Source: Podarcis melisellensis (taxonomy: Eukaryota). From it: DNA of 64,000 nt. The notes beneath the pieces were generated by a model, which saw nothing but the letters and a program-made list of their open reading frames with translations, made no database searches and was not told the DNA's origin. The translations under genes were made by a program, and so were the position numbers. The stretch is taken from the NCBI GenBank assembly GCA_964234715.1, contig OZ174280.1; one strand, written 5' to 3'. Below, piece by piece: positions 36,590 through 49,677 of this stretch. How positions within the stretch are numbered: the first letter of the stretch is position 1; each line of letters begins with the position of its first letter.

Positions 36590-36822
36590 TATCTTTCTAC
36601 GGTGGTTGTCCAAGTTAGGGGTGGCACTGCTTTGTGGTGGTTCTGCTCCTAATTCAGTAGATATTTCCAGAGGGTGATGCTTGGGGAGTGCTCTTCAGCC
36701 CCATGAAGCCTTCAATGTGGGGTTCCTCAGGGTTTGATTTTATCCCATTTGCTGTTTAACATCTACATGAAACTGCTGTGTGCAGTTATCTGGAGGTTTG
36801 GTGTACATTGTCAGCAATATGC
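36590..36822 (+). mobile_element. L2 ORF2 reverse transcriptase fragment
   Basis: Translation CGVPQGLILSHLLFNIYMKLLCAVIWRFGVHCQQYA, truncated just before the DD motif. Confidence 0.85.
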
Positions 36823-38849
36823 ATTCTGGAACAGGCCAAAGGCTCATGAAGCACAGCATGCTCTTCTCGCAGCAGCCAACCAAAAGCCCATGGGTTATGC
36901 GCTGGCTGGCCTTCTGCCTTCCCTTGGGTCTTAATTACCCATTTTCTCCCTTTGTTAAGAACTCATGCCGCTTTTAAACTTCCCATCCCTGTTTCCCCAC
37001 CCTGCTCTTCCTATATCAAATCAGGAGAAAGTGAACTATCTTTGGGAAGAAGGCCAAATGAACTCAAGGGTACTGGGCTATGCTTCTTAAATGGAACACT
37101 TTCTCTTCATCTTACCTACCATTTATAGAACAATACCTTTAAATCTAAAATGTTGAATGCACTCTCACTGTGATATTATAGGAACATGTGGTGGTGATGG
37201 ACTTTTTGCTAGTAGAGTGCAGAGATGGCCTGCTAGTTTCCACTTCTAGAAAGCCATTTGGGAAAGAAAGAAAATTACAGCCATGAAGGAAAACACTTGA
37301 AAAAGACTGAGTGTGGAGTTGCTGAGGGACCAGTCCTCTGGAAGAGATTGTTCACAGTGATGGATCCATCTGATTAGAGAGCTAGATTGCTTTCATCAGA
37401 GTGTACAGGGTCCATGCATTTGTGGATTCTATCTGTAGATACCAGGCTAATGGGCTTCTAAGTAGCTTGAATAATTTTGATATGACAGTGCAGAATTAGA
37501 GGAGTTCCAGGGAGGGCAAGGATGGCTATCGCTATAAACATGATGAAACTCATGTTTTAAAAATAGAGAGATTTAAAAGACTGCATGGTAGATTCCTCCA
37601 AGTCATTTTAAAAGCTTAAATGTTTAATGTTGATTGACCCATTAATGTCCAACAGGAAATAGTGGGAACATGCTATCATTAGGATCAAATTAGAGGTTAA
37701 ATGCCAGTTATTTTTTCCACACATTTTTTTAAAGCCTCAATAGACTGTAAGTCTAATGAGAGGAATACACAGAATGGGCTCCTCCAGTCTTTCTCTGGCC
37801 AATTTTCTGCTGAAAACCACCCCCTAGCTGCTCTCCCTACCTCTTGTGGGAAGGAAATATGGGGTACCATCAGCCCAGTCCTGAAACAGCTAGCTTTACC
37901 ATCCTGGTGCCCTACAGATGTTTTGGACTATGACCATGCTGACTGCGGCTGGTGGGAATTATTGTCCAAAACATCTGGACCCATAGTTTTGGAAGATCAA
38001 CTCTCACATTTTAGACTTCAGATTCACATGCAGGAAGACCCCGGACTTATTCTGTATGACTGAGCCTTAGAACACCATTAAAATAAACAAAAGCTGTGAA
38101 ACTGAAGATATATATTTGAAAACTGAAGGTGTAAAAATATTTGTATAGGAAAATGCTGGCTGTGGTGAATCTAGAGAGTTGTGGGTGGAAAACATAAGCT
38201 TTATTCCCCTAATTTCTGTCTACTTCTACCAGGTGTTTGACTGCTAAAAAGGTGACATGCTTCACTGCTTTTCCCCATGCAAACTATATTGAGTTCAGTT
38301 GATTATTCCCTCACCCCCCCCCCGAATTGAGAACAACACAGCAGAGACCACTGCATTCCATTGCCAAGTTCCTATGGGACTCATTGGTGAAGCTGTGAAC
38401 TCTCTGGAATGAAAGCAAAACACACAAGAGGGAAATGTAAAATGAGTCCATGGGAAATTGTTAGATGTAAATATCAGTATCTCCCTCGTTCTCCAAATGA
38501 GCCCATTTCAAACCTGGGCTAAAGAAAGGGATGTGTTTCCTGGCGGCTGATCAGAGTTGTAAACACCTGCAATAAACTTCTTCCACTAATCCCCAAGATA
38601 GGAAACTAGAATATATATGGGGCAAGGAAATTTGTGGAAGGGTTGTGGCAGTTATTCCCCAGCCGACTCTCATAAAATGTCCTTTGTTAGACTGAACAGC
38701 TAATGATCAAAAGGGAGTCCCACATCAGCCTGGCATGTCTGCAGCTTCAAGACTGGCTCCATTTCTTACCATCTTCTGAGATGCCCTTTAGATGATGTGT
38801 TGGGGCCCCTTATCCACAAGTTACTTTTGCACAGCTGGGAGAATGGATT

Positions 38850-38956
38850 TATGGTGGGTCCTGCAAAACTTGTTGGATTACAGCTCTGTATGCTGGCTGA
38901 GGCTGATGGGTGTTGGAGCCCAGTAACATCTGGAGGGCCACAGGTTCCCGTGCCTG
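38850..38956. mobile_element. hAT-type MITE (family of 6362 and 45769)
   Basis: GCTGGCTGAGGCTGATGGGTGTTGGAGCCCAGTAACATCTGGAGGGCCACAGGTTCCCGTGCCTG. A further degenerate copy lies at about 37890-37990. Confidence 0.65.
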
Positions 38957-39683
38957 GCATATGGCATCCTCCTCTCTCCTTATGCAGGATTTCAGGAAAC
39001 TGAGAGCTACAGCAGTACAACTTTGCAGTCTTTTTGCTGCAGTGCACCCACCCATTCAGCCCCCTATTACTTTTAACTTTGAAAGTCTAGCCCCATTTCT
39101 GCGTCAATCTTCCCTGGACAGTCAGGCCGCCTACCTGCCAATACTCTCTGAGAAGTTATCTTTTTTCTAATGAGGAGATGCTTCGCAGCAAGCTAACATT
39201 TTGTGGGCCTTGCCAAACCCATACAGAAAAGCAAATTGCCTCAAAGGTTAAACATACACACACAAATAACTAGCAGGTCTGATTCGGATTGGAGTGAAAA
39301 TCATTGTCTTGAGACAGACATAATGACAAATTGAAAGTGAAAAGGATAACTTAAGGTAAAGCCTTGGTGGGAAAACTCTGCTCCGGGGACTTAGATTATT
39401 TCCTGACAAGAGGAAGGAAAGAAGATCACAAGGTGACAGTGAGGCTTGTCACTGTGACAATTTGCAGGGTACTTATCAGCTGTATTGGCCTCTGTATCAA
39501 GGTGTGTGTTGCAGCTCACATGGACTTGATGGACTGTCAATTACCACAAACTGTTTCATTAGCTTGTAGTGATGAGTGACATGGAAATCAACAAATCACA
39601 GTTTCCCAAGAGGATGTCAGGCTGGGCGACTGTGAGTGTTGCTTAGAGGGTTTTCCCCACCCTTTGTTTTCAGCTCAGAGATA

Positions 39684-39941
39684 CAGTGGTACCTCAGGTT
39701 ACATACACTTCAGGTTACATACACTTCAGGTTACATACGCTTCAGGTTACAGACTCCGCTAACCCAGAGATAGTGCTTCAGGTTAAGAACTTTGCTTCAG
39801 GATGAGAACAGAAATCGTGCTCCAATGGCATGGGGGCAGCAGGAGGCCCCATTAGCTAAAGTGGTACCTCAGGTTAAGAACACTTTCAGGTTAAGTACAG
39901 ACCTCCGGAATGAATTAAGTACTTAACCTGAGGTACCACTG
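39684..39941. mobile_element. Tc1/mariner MITE
   Basis: TIR CAGTGGTACCTCAGGTTA / TAACCTGAGGTACCACTG with TA TSD. Highly similar to 57067-57309. Confidence 0.95.
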
Positions 39942-42307
39942 TACATTATGCCACGGAGCCCACATTTTAAAGGAAACATGCACTTCCCTTAAAGCCCTGC
40001 AGATTAGCTAAACACTGGGATTGCAAACATGGTGCCTGATGATGCAAGTTGCCTGCCAACACTTCTTACGGTGCCCACAAAAGATTTCAGTAAATAACCC
40101 CTCAAAAATCTACAACAAACAAGAGACTATTTGCTCTTCCTGCTCCGTTACTTTTTGCAGTGGCTCAGCCTCTCCCACATTGAACATACACCCTTAAACA
40201 TGGCAGGATTTGATGCCCACACTCCCATCTATTTTGAACAGAGGAAAGGTGTACATAGCTTCCCTCTGTGACCAAGTACAGTAGTGGCTGATGTAAGTAC
40301 CTTTCCCCATTGATGGGGTGGCAGTTGGGGGCCATGCTCAAACCATTTTGTGGTCCTGTCTCTTTTTCTGATCTTTTCAACGTAGCCACCATTCTGCCAT
40401 ACCCCCGACTCCCATTTTGTGTTATACTCCCACAACATCCATTTTGTGACTGGAACCTGTGGCACTTTCTGAAAATTCTTTATGTCCCCACTTGTCCTGA
40501 AAGGTTGGCAGCCCCAATTTTAACATGTCTCCTCCCAAACCCGTTACACCCTTGGTGCAACACCACAGTCAGAGAAGTTCTAGCAAATGGAAATAATTCC
40601 GACACATATCTCTTCTAGTCAACGGCAGGTCTTATATAATGGCTGAACTAAACTTCTCACCTGAAAACTCACCGTTTGATTCTTTTATGTGCAGACAAAA
40701 GTCAAGCTACCTGAATTCTTTTGGTGTGCCTATTGGGGCTTGAGTGAGTGTGTGTGGGGGGGGAGTGATTCTGGCAATTTTGTAGCCCTACCGAATCCAT
40801 ATGAAAAGCACATTGGTTGGAAGATATGAGATGTTAAAAAAATATAGAAATAGGTTTATTTCAGGGCATTTTTTGTGGAACAAAATGACAGATAGCTGGA
40901 CTACCACGAGAGAAGCTCAATCTGAGCATTGGACAGTGAAGATTTTTTGTTTTGCAACAACCCCAGTTTTCCATTTATATGGTAAATTGTTTCAGGTTAG
41001 ATAAAAGGCTGCAGGTGAAGTAAAATACTGTTTATTGTGAATACTATTTGTTATCATAAAGATAGAAAGTTTACTTGCATTGCAGAGGGTGGGCTAGATG
41101 ACGCTTTGGGTCCCTTCCAGCTCTACAGTTCTATGGTTTCTTACTTATTACATACATGAATGCAGAAAATGTCATCACTAAATAAATTTTAAAAACCCAA
41201 GTCCATACAAGTTTATATAAAATATAAACTTGGATTGCTGTGAGTGGAGTTAGACTGGACCAGAACAGTCCATGGCTGTCAGGGGGCACAGCATCAGGCA
41301 GAATGGAAAGAGAGGGAGGCGGGGCAGGGGAAGAGCAAAAAGGCCAAGACCTACCTGAGTGGTGGCTTGTCTTCCTGGGAGAAGGCTGTGGCTCTCCTTC
41401 CTGCCTGATACCACATAGTATCAATGCCCCTTCTGAGCAGCTGTTGAGTGGAGGCATTGATCTTTGAGATTCCTGCATTGTAGAGGGTTGGACTTGATGA
41501 ACCCAGCGCTACGATTATTTGATTTTATTATTCTATTACCCTTTGGAGTGTGGGAGCTATTTCACAAGTGGCTTTCTTGCACACAAGGAAAGCAAGTCAG
41601 TCATGAAGGAGAAGCAACCAGCACCATGGAGGACCAGAGCTTCCTACTTAACAGCTGTTGAAGGAGGATCCAATCCTGTGCGATGCTGGGGCACCCCCCC
41701 CCCCAACTTAAAAAACCCCCATTTTAACTGTTTGTTTAAAAACGGGTTTAAGATACCTTAGCTTCATCCTCTGAAATGTTTCTGGGATGGATCTGGGTTG
41801 AGGTAGATGAATCAGCCTGATCCAGGGGAAACAAATCAGGACAACAGCCTCATTACAAACTGTAATAGGAATAGCTACTACTATTTTGCTTCTAACAGGG
41901 TTTACATAAGATGAAGGAGCAGGATGCACCCACTTCTTCAGCAGAGGCCACACCTCCACTTTTTACTCTATTTGACATAATAATTCACCTGGCCTTGTAT
42001 GGGTCTTGAATTCTCTAGTGCTACATGTACAAAGATTCAGAAGCACGTTGGCAAATGTCCGCTGCCCTGACCTCTTCAAAAATCCTTACCCTGCTGCTTT
42101 GTCAGGTTAACAGAACAGTTTAAGTCCAAATTAATTAAGACTTGTTTGCTGTTCGGTATTAGGGAGCTAATGAATATCATAGCTCTGAGGCATCCATCTT
42201 GGTCAGTCGCACTGTGCCTCACAGCTGTTATCTTTCCCCCCCCTTGATTAGTTTTTCTCTCATTTTTATGAAGGCAAGCAACAAAGTAATAAACCTAGCA
42301 CTCATTT

Positions 42308-42309
<2 letters not shown>

Positions 42310-42362
<53 letters not shown>
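42310..42362. repeat. (AT)n microsatellite
   Basis: Directly visible. Confidence 0.98.
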
Positions 42363-42367
<5 letters not shown>

Positions 42368-43049
42368 TTTATTAGCTTCTGAGGAAAATTGAGTTTTCTT
42401 CCCTTTTTTGCATTCGCAATAAAAGTTGATTTGTTCTCCAGTTCCTTGATAGAATGTTTAGGCCCCAGCTATTACTTAAATCTAACGAGTCTTCTTCAAA
42501 GGCACTGCTGCATTGCTTGCAAGCCCCACAGCACCGGGCCAGTGGAAATTATATGATGATTACTGCAGTAATAAATGTGGTTGCACCACTCCCATTAAAA
42601 TTTACCTACATACACCAATTCAGAGTACCGCACCGTTATTTATATCTCTTTTATTAAGGTCTACCCCCCAAAAAAAGCAATAGCATTGCTTCTAAAGGTG
42701 TCCAGCTTTATTTAGTGCCAAAGAACAGAGAATTCAGTATGTCTTGCAAAAGTATTGCTTTTTTAATGGCGCTCGTGACAATAGCAGCCAAGTACATACA
42801 TACTATATATTGCTGTATATTATATAACAAGTTTTCTTCCAATAGATATTTTTCCAAGACTGTACACACATTCACACTCCAATTTCAATTCTGTTTCTTT
42901 CATCTGATGTACGTCCCAGAAGAGGGCATCACATTTTCTGGTTCTCATTTCATGTTCTTTTCCCTAGCCACAGTGTTCTGCTGGGGACATTGTTGTGATA
43001 AGATTGATGCTGTATGTTTCTGATAGTCAGGAATACAACCCTCACTGAC

Positions 43050-43051
<2 letters not shown>

Positions 43052-43133
<82 letters not shown>
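43052..43133. repeat. Compound (GT)n(GA)n microsatellite
   Basis: Directly visible. Confidence 0.98.
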
Positions 43134-43135
<2 letters not shown>

Positions 43136-43489
43136 CCTCTGAGTGGAGCAGTAGCAGATGATGGGGTAGATTGAAGACACCTGACCTTCGGAGAGGTGTG
43201 TCTTTACTCTCACTGGAAGAACCTGAACTTAGATTGTGATTTTTACCAAAAACTTTAATATTCAGATCAATATGACACATAGGCACAGCTGAGTCAATGC
43301 ATAACTAAGCCAGCTAATATGTTGATCTAACAAGCTGTATGACCCTTGCCATCCCATTATATGGGAATGGGTGGGAATCATTTAAGTCAGCAGGGCTGTT
43401 CCTTAGCCTGGGCAAGCAAATGGGCACTCCTCCAGGAAGGCTCAGCCTGATCCACCTGCCTTTGCTTTCACTGGTGTTGATGGAGGAGG

Positions 43490-43800
43490 CATAAGTGACT
43501 GCTCTGGAGTGGACAGTGTGGAGATCTCAAGGATCTGAGCCGAAGGTGGACTCTGGGTGCTCTAGAAGCAGAGCTGGCCTAACAAGCTGTGTGTCTGAGT
43601 CAGAGGCAAACCCTGGTGACTCCAGAGATGGAGGTGGGGCAGGAGTTGCGCGTCTGAGTGAATAGTGGGGAGATGGGATGAGCCAAGGAGAAACTTTCCC
43701 ACTAGGGCCTTCCCCAGGATCCTCCTCCTTGGGTACCTCCTCAACACCTCCGCCAATCTGGCAGGGTCTGTCCAGTCCCCTTGGGGCGCTCCCTGAAATT
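43490..43800 (-). mobile_element. Probable Gypsy-type LTR fragment
   Basis: GC-rich and purine-skewed on the minus strand, similar in character to the LTR at 6510. Termini unclear. Confidence 0.35.
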
Positions 43801-43829
43801 GTCTGCTGCATTCAGCCAGCACTTATTTT

Positions 43830-44311
43830 AGGATGCATGAGATTATTGCAGGGCAGATTTGAGGATAAACCATACGTGGAACGAGTCTACCCCTGTGGTT
43901 TGATGGAGGTAGAAACTGTCTCTCATGTCTTGTTATGCTGTTGTTTCTACAGAGATATACTTTCGGTACTTATCATCCCTGCTATACAAAAATCTCCAAA
44001 TGAGTTTGAACTTCAATGTCTAAAATCCCTGGTAGAGGCAAGGATCCAGAGATCACGCTAAGGGTGGCCAAATTCTGTGCATCTGCCATAAAACTTAGGG
44101 AACAAGCTGTGCTACCATAATGACTTAGGCCTTAAATGACAATTTTAGGTTATATTTTAGTGATTAAGATTTAACTTATATATTTTTAACTGCTGCTATA
44201 TCTGTATTGTCCCTGTTATACCCAATTGTAAATTTAAATGTATCCCTATCATGTTATATGACTTCCCTGATATTGTATGTGAGCTGGAACTGGTCTGTGA
44301 CTGAAATAATA
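43830..44311 (+). mobile_element. RTE-X-like LINE 3' fragment with CCHC zinc knuckle
   Basis: LLQGRFEDKPYVERVYPCGLMEVETVSHVLLCCCFYRDI is a degenerate C-terminal CCHC motif. An AT-rich 3' UTR ends CTGGTCTGTGACTGAAATAATA. Confidence 0.75.
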
Positions 44312-45768
44312 GATTTGTTTGTAGGACGCATGAGAAGGTAAATCATTGCTGCTTACCAGGAGTGTAGGGAGTGAGGCGCAGTGAGGTCAGCATGGTGCAA
44401 ACACACCTGTGGAGCCGATCCAGCTCTCTTGCCAGTGTGTCTGCAGGGTGTAGCCCTTCTTGCTGCCTCCTCACTTTCCATTTTAGTAAGCAGCACCAAT
44501 TCACCTGCCAGGAGGAAAGGAGGGCTATTGAACTGCTGAGGAGCTACATCGGGGTGCATTTATGGTAGCTGACAAACAGTGATTAGCTCAATCATAAATG
44601 AGGGAACAATAACAAGGAGGATGTTTCTGAGCACTGCTGAGCACAATATATCCCTCTACCATTAAGTGGTAGACAACCAATAATGGGGAAAGCTTTGTTA
44701 AACAATTAAGCCTTGTCAGGATATATATTTCAACTAACAGAACCTTCTCTTTGATCTGAAGTGGCTGAATTAGCACCAGACCACCAAAGTTTCAATGTAG
44801 CTACTGTTCTAAAATCACTTCTGGGACTGTTCAGTATGACATTCTGGACAAACGGGAAAAGCTTTCAAAGGGAAGTTCCAAAGTGGGATTGATAATGAAA
44901 ATCCCACAATATATTATTTGCTTAAATAATTGGCGTTCACCGTGTGACAATTAAATCAATCTCTTATATGCATATTACAGCTCTAGAAATGTCTTTTAAT
45001 GATATATAATTAACTTATGATATATTTCACCCACAGTTTAATTACGAATGCCTCCTTGAAATGTTTCATTTCAAGTGTCAGCAGATTTGGCTGATAGGGC
45101 AAAGCTCTGCTGCTTAAACCAGGGGCAATATTAGGACGCTGGCTTGCTTTGTTCTTGCCATCCTCAAGGGATTTAATTCAGACCCAAGGCAAACTTGTAG
45201 CAAAGAGCCCTTCACTGCAAATATAAACTTTGCAAATGCATTGCCAAATAACTGGAACAACGTGTTTGCCAATACATGGGTATAAGAAGAGACTTCTACA
45301 CGCTCAGGATACAGCTTGATCACTTCCAAATCCAGTTCAGATCCTGTTGCTCCCCTGATGATGCTACAAGGACTTATCCTTTCTCCATATCCCACCAAGC
45401 TTTCAAAAGTAGTGGCAGGGTGGTTTGCGAAGTATGAATTAATGGTTTCTCATTACAATGCAAACAAAATAAGTGTCCCCCCATGCCTAGATATTGTGTT
45501 TCAAATAAATCACTGAGAAGATAATGGTACCACCAAGAATTTGGGAAGGGATAGATTCCCAGGTGATCAGAATTTTGAAAGTCATTATCTGGCGGGTGGT
45601 GGTTGCAGATGATGTATCCTCTTGAGGTTCAGGGCAGTGTGTGCTGGGTTGCCTTGTAAAATAAGTTAGGCCGGAAGAGGGTAGCTTCGCTGAGGTCACC
45701 TAGTAATCTTCCCAGCTTAAATGGGATTTGACTTTAGGTTTCAAACATCCAGTCCCAACACTCTAGCC

Positions 45769-45885
45769 CAGGGATAGCCATTGTGGTGTCCTCCAGATAT
45801 TGTTGGACGCAGCCAGTCAATGGCCAGGAATGATGGGCAATAGAATCCAACAGCATCTAGAAGGCACCATGCTGGCTACCTCCTG
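45769..45885. mobile_element. hAT MITE with 8-bp TSD
   Basis: TIRs CAGGGATAGCCA / TGGCTACCTCCTG. TSD CTCTAGCC / CTCTATCC (7/8 identical). Confidence 0.85.
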
Positions 45886-46634
45886 CTCTATCCACTGTAC
45901 CACAACACTGTTACTTCAGTGTTTAGATTAGGGCTAGTACTCTAGCAGTTCCATATCTTTCAGAAGCCAATCAGAATATTTCTCACCTTTACATCCCATG
46001 TTGTTGGCTATAATGCAATGTGTTCATGTAATGGTTTCCTATTACAATGCTATTTCCCCTTCATGGAATTAGGTTTATCTCAGGAACCACAGCTGTCTTA
46101 TATTAGGGTATATGCAGGATTTTAAAATTTATCTGCTGCAGTTAGCAATGTGTCTTCCCTGTGACTTGCCTAGTGATAAAATGCCCAATATCTGATAAAG
46201 TCTCACTTGTCCTTCAGGGATTGTGGGAGTATGTGATGTATAAGCGGGGGGGGGGGGAACCCTGCAGGAATCTAGTGGAAGTAGGCAGTTTAAAAATAAT
46301 AGCAAATGCAACAAGGTCCTTTTTGTAATGGACACTTGGAAAGTACAGTTAGGAACATGGACTGCTGCCTTCTGTCTCGTGATGAGGAAATAGAGGAGGC
46401 TGCAAGCGAATAATGGTGAGAAGATGCTAAACTATAGTGAGACGACCAATTGTCTGTGGTCCTGCACAGCAGTGTACTTAACATAATGGTTAATCTGGTC
46501 CAGAACGAACCCACTCAAGTCCCATTAATGGAATTTTTAATGACAAATTTATGTAACTGAATTAATAGGTTTGAAGCCATTGTGCTTTATCAGGAGTGCT
46601 CAGCTGGATGAACAGATTTAAAGTATCATATTAT

Positions 46635-46635
46635 A

Positions 46636-46678
<43 letters not shown>

Positions 46679-46680
46679 AT
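46635..46680. repeat. (GT)n microsatellite
   Basis: Directly visible, with one interruption. Confidence 0.95.
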
Positions 46681-48632
46681 ACCAGACCCCTAAATTCATA
46701 CTATTGCTTTGCAATTCAGAGGGAAGGCATAAGGGAGAATGCCTTTATCCCTTTTCTTCTTCTTTCAGATTTTCATCCTGTTATGTGCTGAACAAAAATG
46801 GTTGGCATCAATCATTAGCAAACAGTGCCGAGGACCAAAATGCATTAAAAAAATCAAATTAATTCTGTTGCATGAGTCTCTATGATTAGTTCATTTTGTG
46901 TGTGTGCTAAACCACCTAATGTGCTGTTAATAATGTGTGATTTCAGGTATAAAATGGATAGAATGTATTCTTGCAATACTGCTGTAGGAAAGTTTTAATA
47001 AGAGTCCTATAGAATTTTTGTGCCTTGAGGGAGAATTCTACCCTGCCAGTTTTTATCAAGTCTTAGGTGACAGTGTAAGACTAGTTAAAGGGAACAGCTC
47101 ACAAACAACCCATAGTCTGAATTCTGTTTTCAGTAAATAGTCAAGTCTTGCTGACAAGTAATAAATACATCCGCAGAAACTAGCTTCAGTTCATTCAATT
47201 TATTAGCAAATAATTCCATCACCTTCCCATATATTGTTTACATTACTTCCTTGTGGAAAGTTAACTTAATTTCATAATGCCTATGAAACTGTCCTTCATG
47301 CATACTATCCAATTTGGTGTGGGCTGCACTGGAAAATAAAGTAAGTCTGGAAAAGACCAGGAGGACTGACATGCTTTCAGGAAACTTCTGTAGTGTAGAG
47401 ACTTACTGGGATGGTACCAGTTCAGTCTAGTGATGGTGCTGAAATTTGGACTAAGTATTCAGAAATGAACTGCTCCATTTTGAAAAGCAATGAGTCATTA
47501 TTTGTAGAACTCAGTTCTACTTGAGCTTGGCTTGTAAGGAACTTTTCTAGGGGCACTGCCATGACACACACCTCATGTAGTTGTAGAGTTTCTCAGATCC
47601 ATCCAAACTCAGTCATCAGCAATTCCACCAGAGCCATTAAATGTCTTATTTAACAGATTGTGATTACCTCTAGAATCAAAGTCAGTTGAATGGCACAAAG
47701 TACACTGGGACCCATTTTGCTATTGATTGACTTTGTTATAAAGAACAGTTGCATCTTGTTTGAAGAAGCAGACAGGAGAGGAGAGTCAATTTGGATTGGG
47801 CAAGGCTGCTGTGGGCAAGGAGACTGGGCAGCCACTCAAGTCTGTACTGTATTCAATCAGGCCTTCTTGAGGTGTTTTAAAGATTTAATTGATGTCCACT
47901 CTACAGCCAAAGAAAAGCCAAGCCTCAGCCAACCCCGATTCTGCACTGGTTGGTGTATAAATCTCTACACACAAAAAATATAATCTCTTCCCAGTGCTTG
48001 GTAACAAATCATCTATCAGGAGCCAATCATGAAATCCAAATATTTTATGAACATTCTGCAGCAAGTTCTGTTCCTTTGCAACAATAGTTGAAATGTTCTG
48101 AAAACTCAGCGCTGTGTGTTTCTCCCCTGCAAAGTAATTAACTGTGCGGCAGTACAGAGATATGGAGTGGAAAGCAGCCAGTTAAAAGGGAAAGGCAGCC
48201 AGATATTTTTTTCTAAGGGAAAAAATTATGACAGTAAACTTCAGGATGTATTTTTAATACTTGCTGCTAGCTTACAGATGGTAAAAATTTAGCAACCACA
48301 GAGGGAGCCAGTAGAACTTGGTAGAACCTTGTAGGACCTGAGTTCTGAAAAGCTGAGGGAAGCCATCTTTGCTTTATTTAGACCATCTTGACTAGTATGG
48401 TGTCGAACTAAGGATACCAAAGTATTCCAATGGAAACATAAATGGGAAATTGCCAGTGTTTGCTTATTCATCCCATGTCTGGAACGGAAATCAATCCAGC
48501 GAACACAATTGGTATCCACTGTTGTTGTTGTTGTTGCTTTCAGTCCACAAACAATACATAATTGATTGCCTTCCGCCCACTTGCACTGTGAGTCCCTTGC
48601 ATTGAAATGAACAGCGTGGAATAACATTGTAA

Positions 48633-48672
48633 GTTATGTAACTTACATAATTAATTACAGACATTACATAAG
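48633..48672. promoter_or_regulatory. Homotypic cluster of three D-box (PAR-bZIP/NFIL3) motifs
   Basis: GTTATGTAAC (48633-48642), CTTACATAAT (48642-48651) and ATTACATAAG (48663-48672), each with the TTATGTAA core on one strand. Confidence 0.45.
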
Positions 48673-49207
48673 TTGCATAGTTTTGCCACAGCAGACAGTG
48701 AGATAAACAACATAGTTTTTGGCAGAAGGTGAACTACAGTGGAACAGAAGTGGTGCTGCGTGTAACAACTACAGGTCAGAATAGATTACTTCTTACATCC
48801 CCAGTCAAAACCTGCCCTCCAATTTCCTATGTTTTCTTTCTCTGAATTTTTTCTGTCTCGTTCTCAGGGTGCTATAGAATTTCTTTATAATTTTACTCGG
48901 AGTGGGACATTTATTGTGAGATGGCCAATGGTGGGGTATATGTGTAGCTTTTCACAGAATGCTTCTGTAGTGCTCTGAATCCCACCCCCCCCCAGCTGCC
49001 TGTGCTTCTTGATCTTTAAAAAAAGTATCATGGCATGGCCTGAGTTACTTCATGACATCTTCCCCTGGCATTTAATTGAAGCATGGACACGCAGAAAAGT
49101 TGCAGAGTGAAGACCATTGGAGAGCCACCTCAGATAAGTGCGACAAAACTCCAGAATCCTCCAAACAAGAATTTCACCAAAAATTTTCCCTCTCCTCTGA
49201 TAATTAT

Positions 49208-49677
49208 TAGGAACCTAGGAAGCTGCCTCACTACTGAGTAAGGTCATACTTATCCATCTAGCTCAGTATTGTCTGCACTTCTCCAAGGCAGTGGCGGAGA
49301 AAGCCTCTTGGGCACCTGAAGCGGGATGCGGTGCCTCATGGCTTCCTCTAGGGATGCGGCCCAGCCGCTGTCCGCCTGCTGCCTCCCCTCCAACTGTAGG
49401 GTGTCTGAGGCCCTGTGGCATGTCACGTTCGTTTAGGCACTGCGAGTCCCATCGCGTCCCTATCGGTGTGGTGGTGATCCGCCATGGGGGATTTTGTCAC
49501 ACCCCCTTCAGGGATGGCACCAGGAGCACACCACCTCCACTGCACCCGCCTTTCTCTGCCACTGCTCCAAGGTTCAGGCAGGAGACATTTCCAGCTCTAC
49601 CTGGAGTTGCCAAGGATTATACCTAGGGCCTTATCTGGGCAAAACACATGATCTAGCACTGAGCTACAGTCCTTCCC
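49208..49677 (-). mobile_element. Squam2-like tRNA-derived SINE, split by a hAT MITE
   Basis: Minus-strand head GGGAAGGACTGTAGCTCAGTG and tail AATACTGAGCTAGATGGA..AGGCAGCTTCCTAGGTTCCTA. Confidence 0.75.
49289..49564. mobile_element. GC-rich hAT MITE with perfect 8-bp TSD
   Basis: TIRs CAGTGGCGGAGAAAG / CTTTCTCTGCCACTG. TSD CTCCAAGG at 49281-49288 and 49565-49572. Confidence 0.93.

Noticed and set aside
41619-41640. REST/NRSE-like CAGCACCATGGAGGAC
   Set aside because: The right half-site GGACAG is not present at canonical spacing.
42945-43286. SLSLSL/HTHTHT ORFs (also 5588-5881 and 62399-62731)
   Set aside because: Translations of microsatellites.
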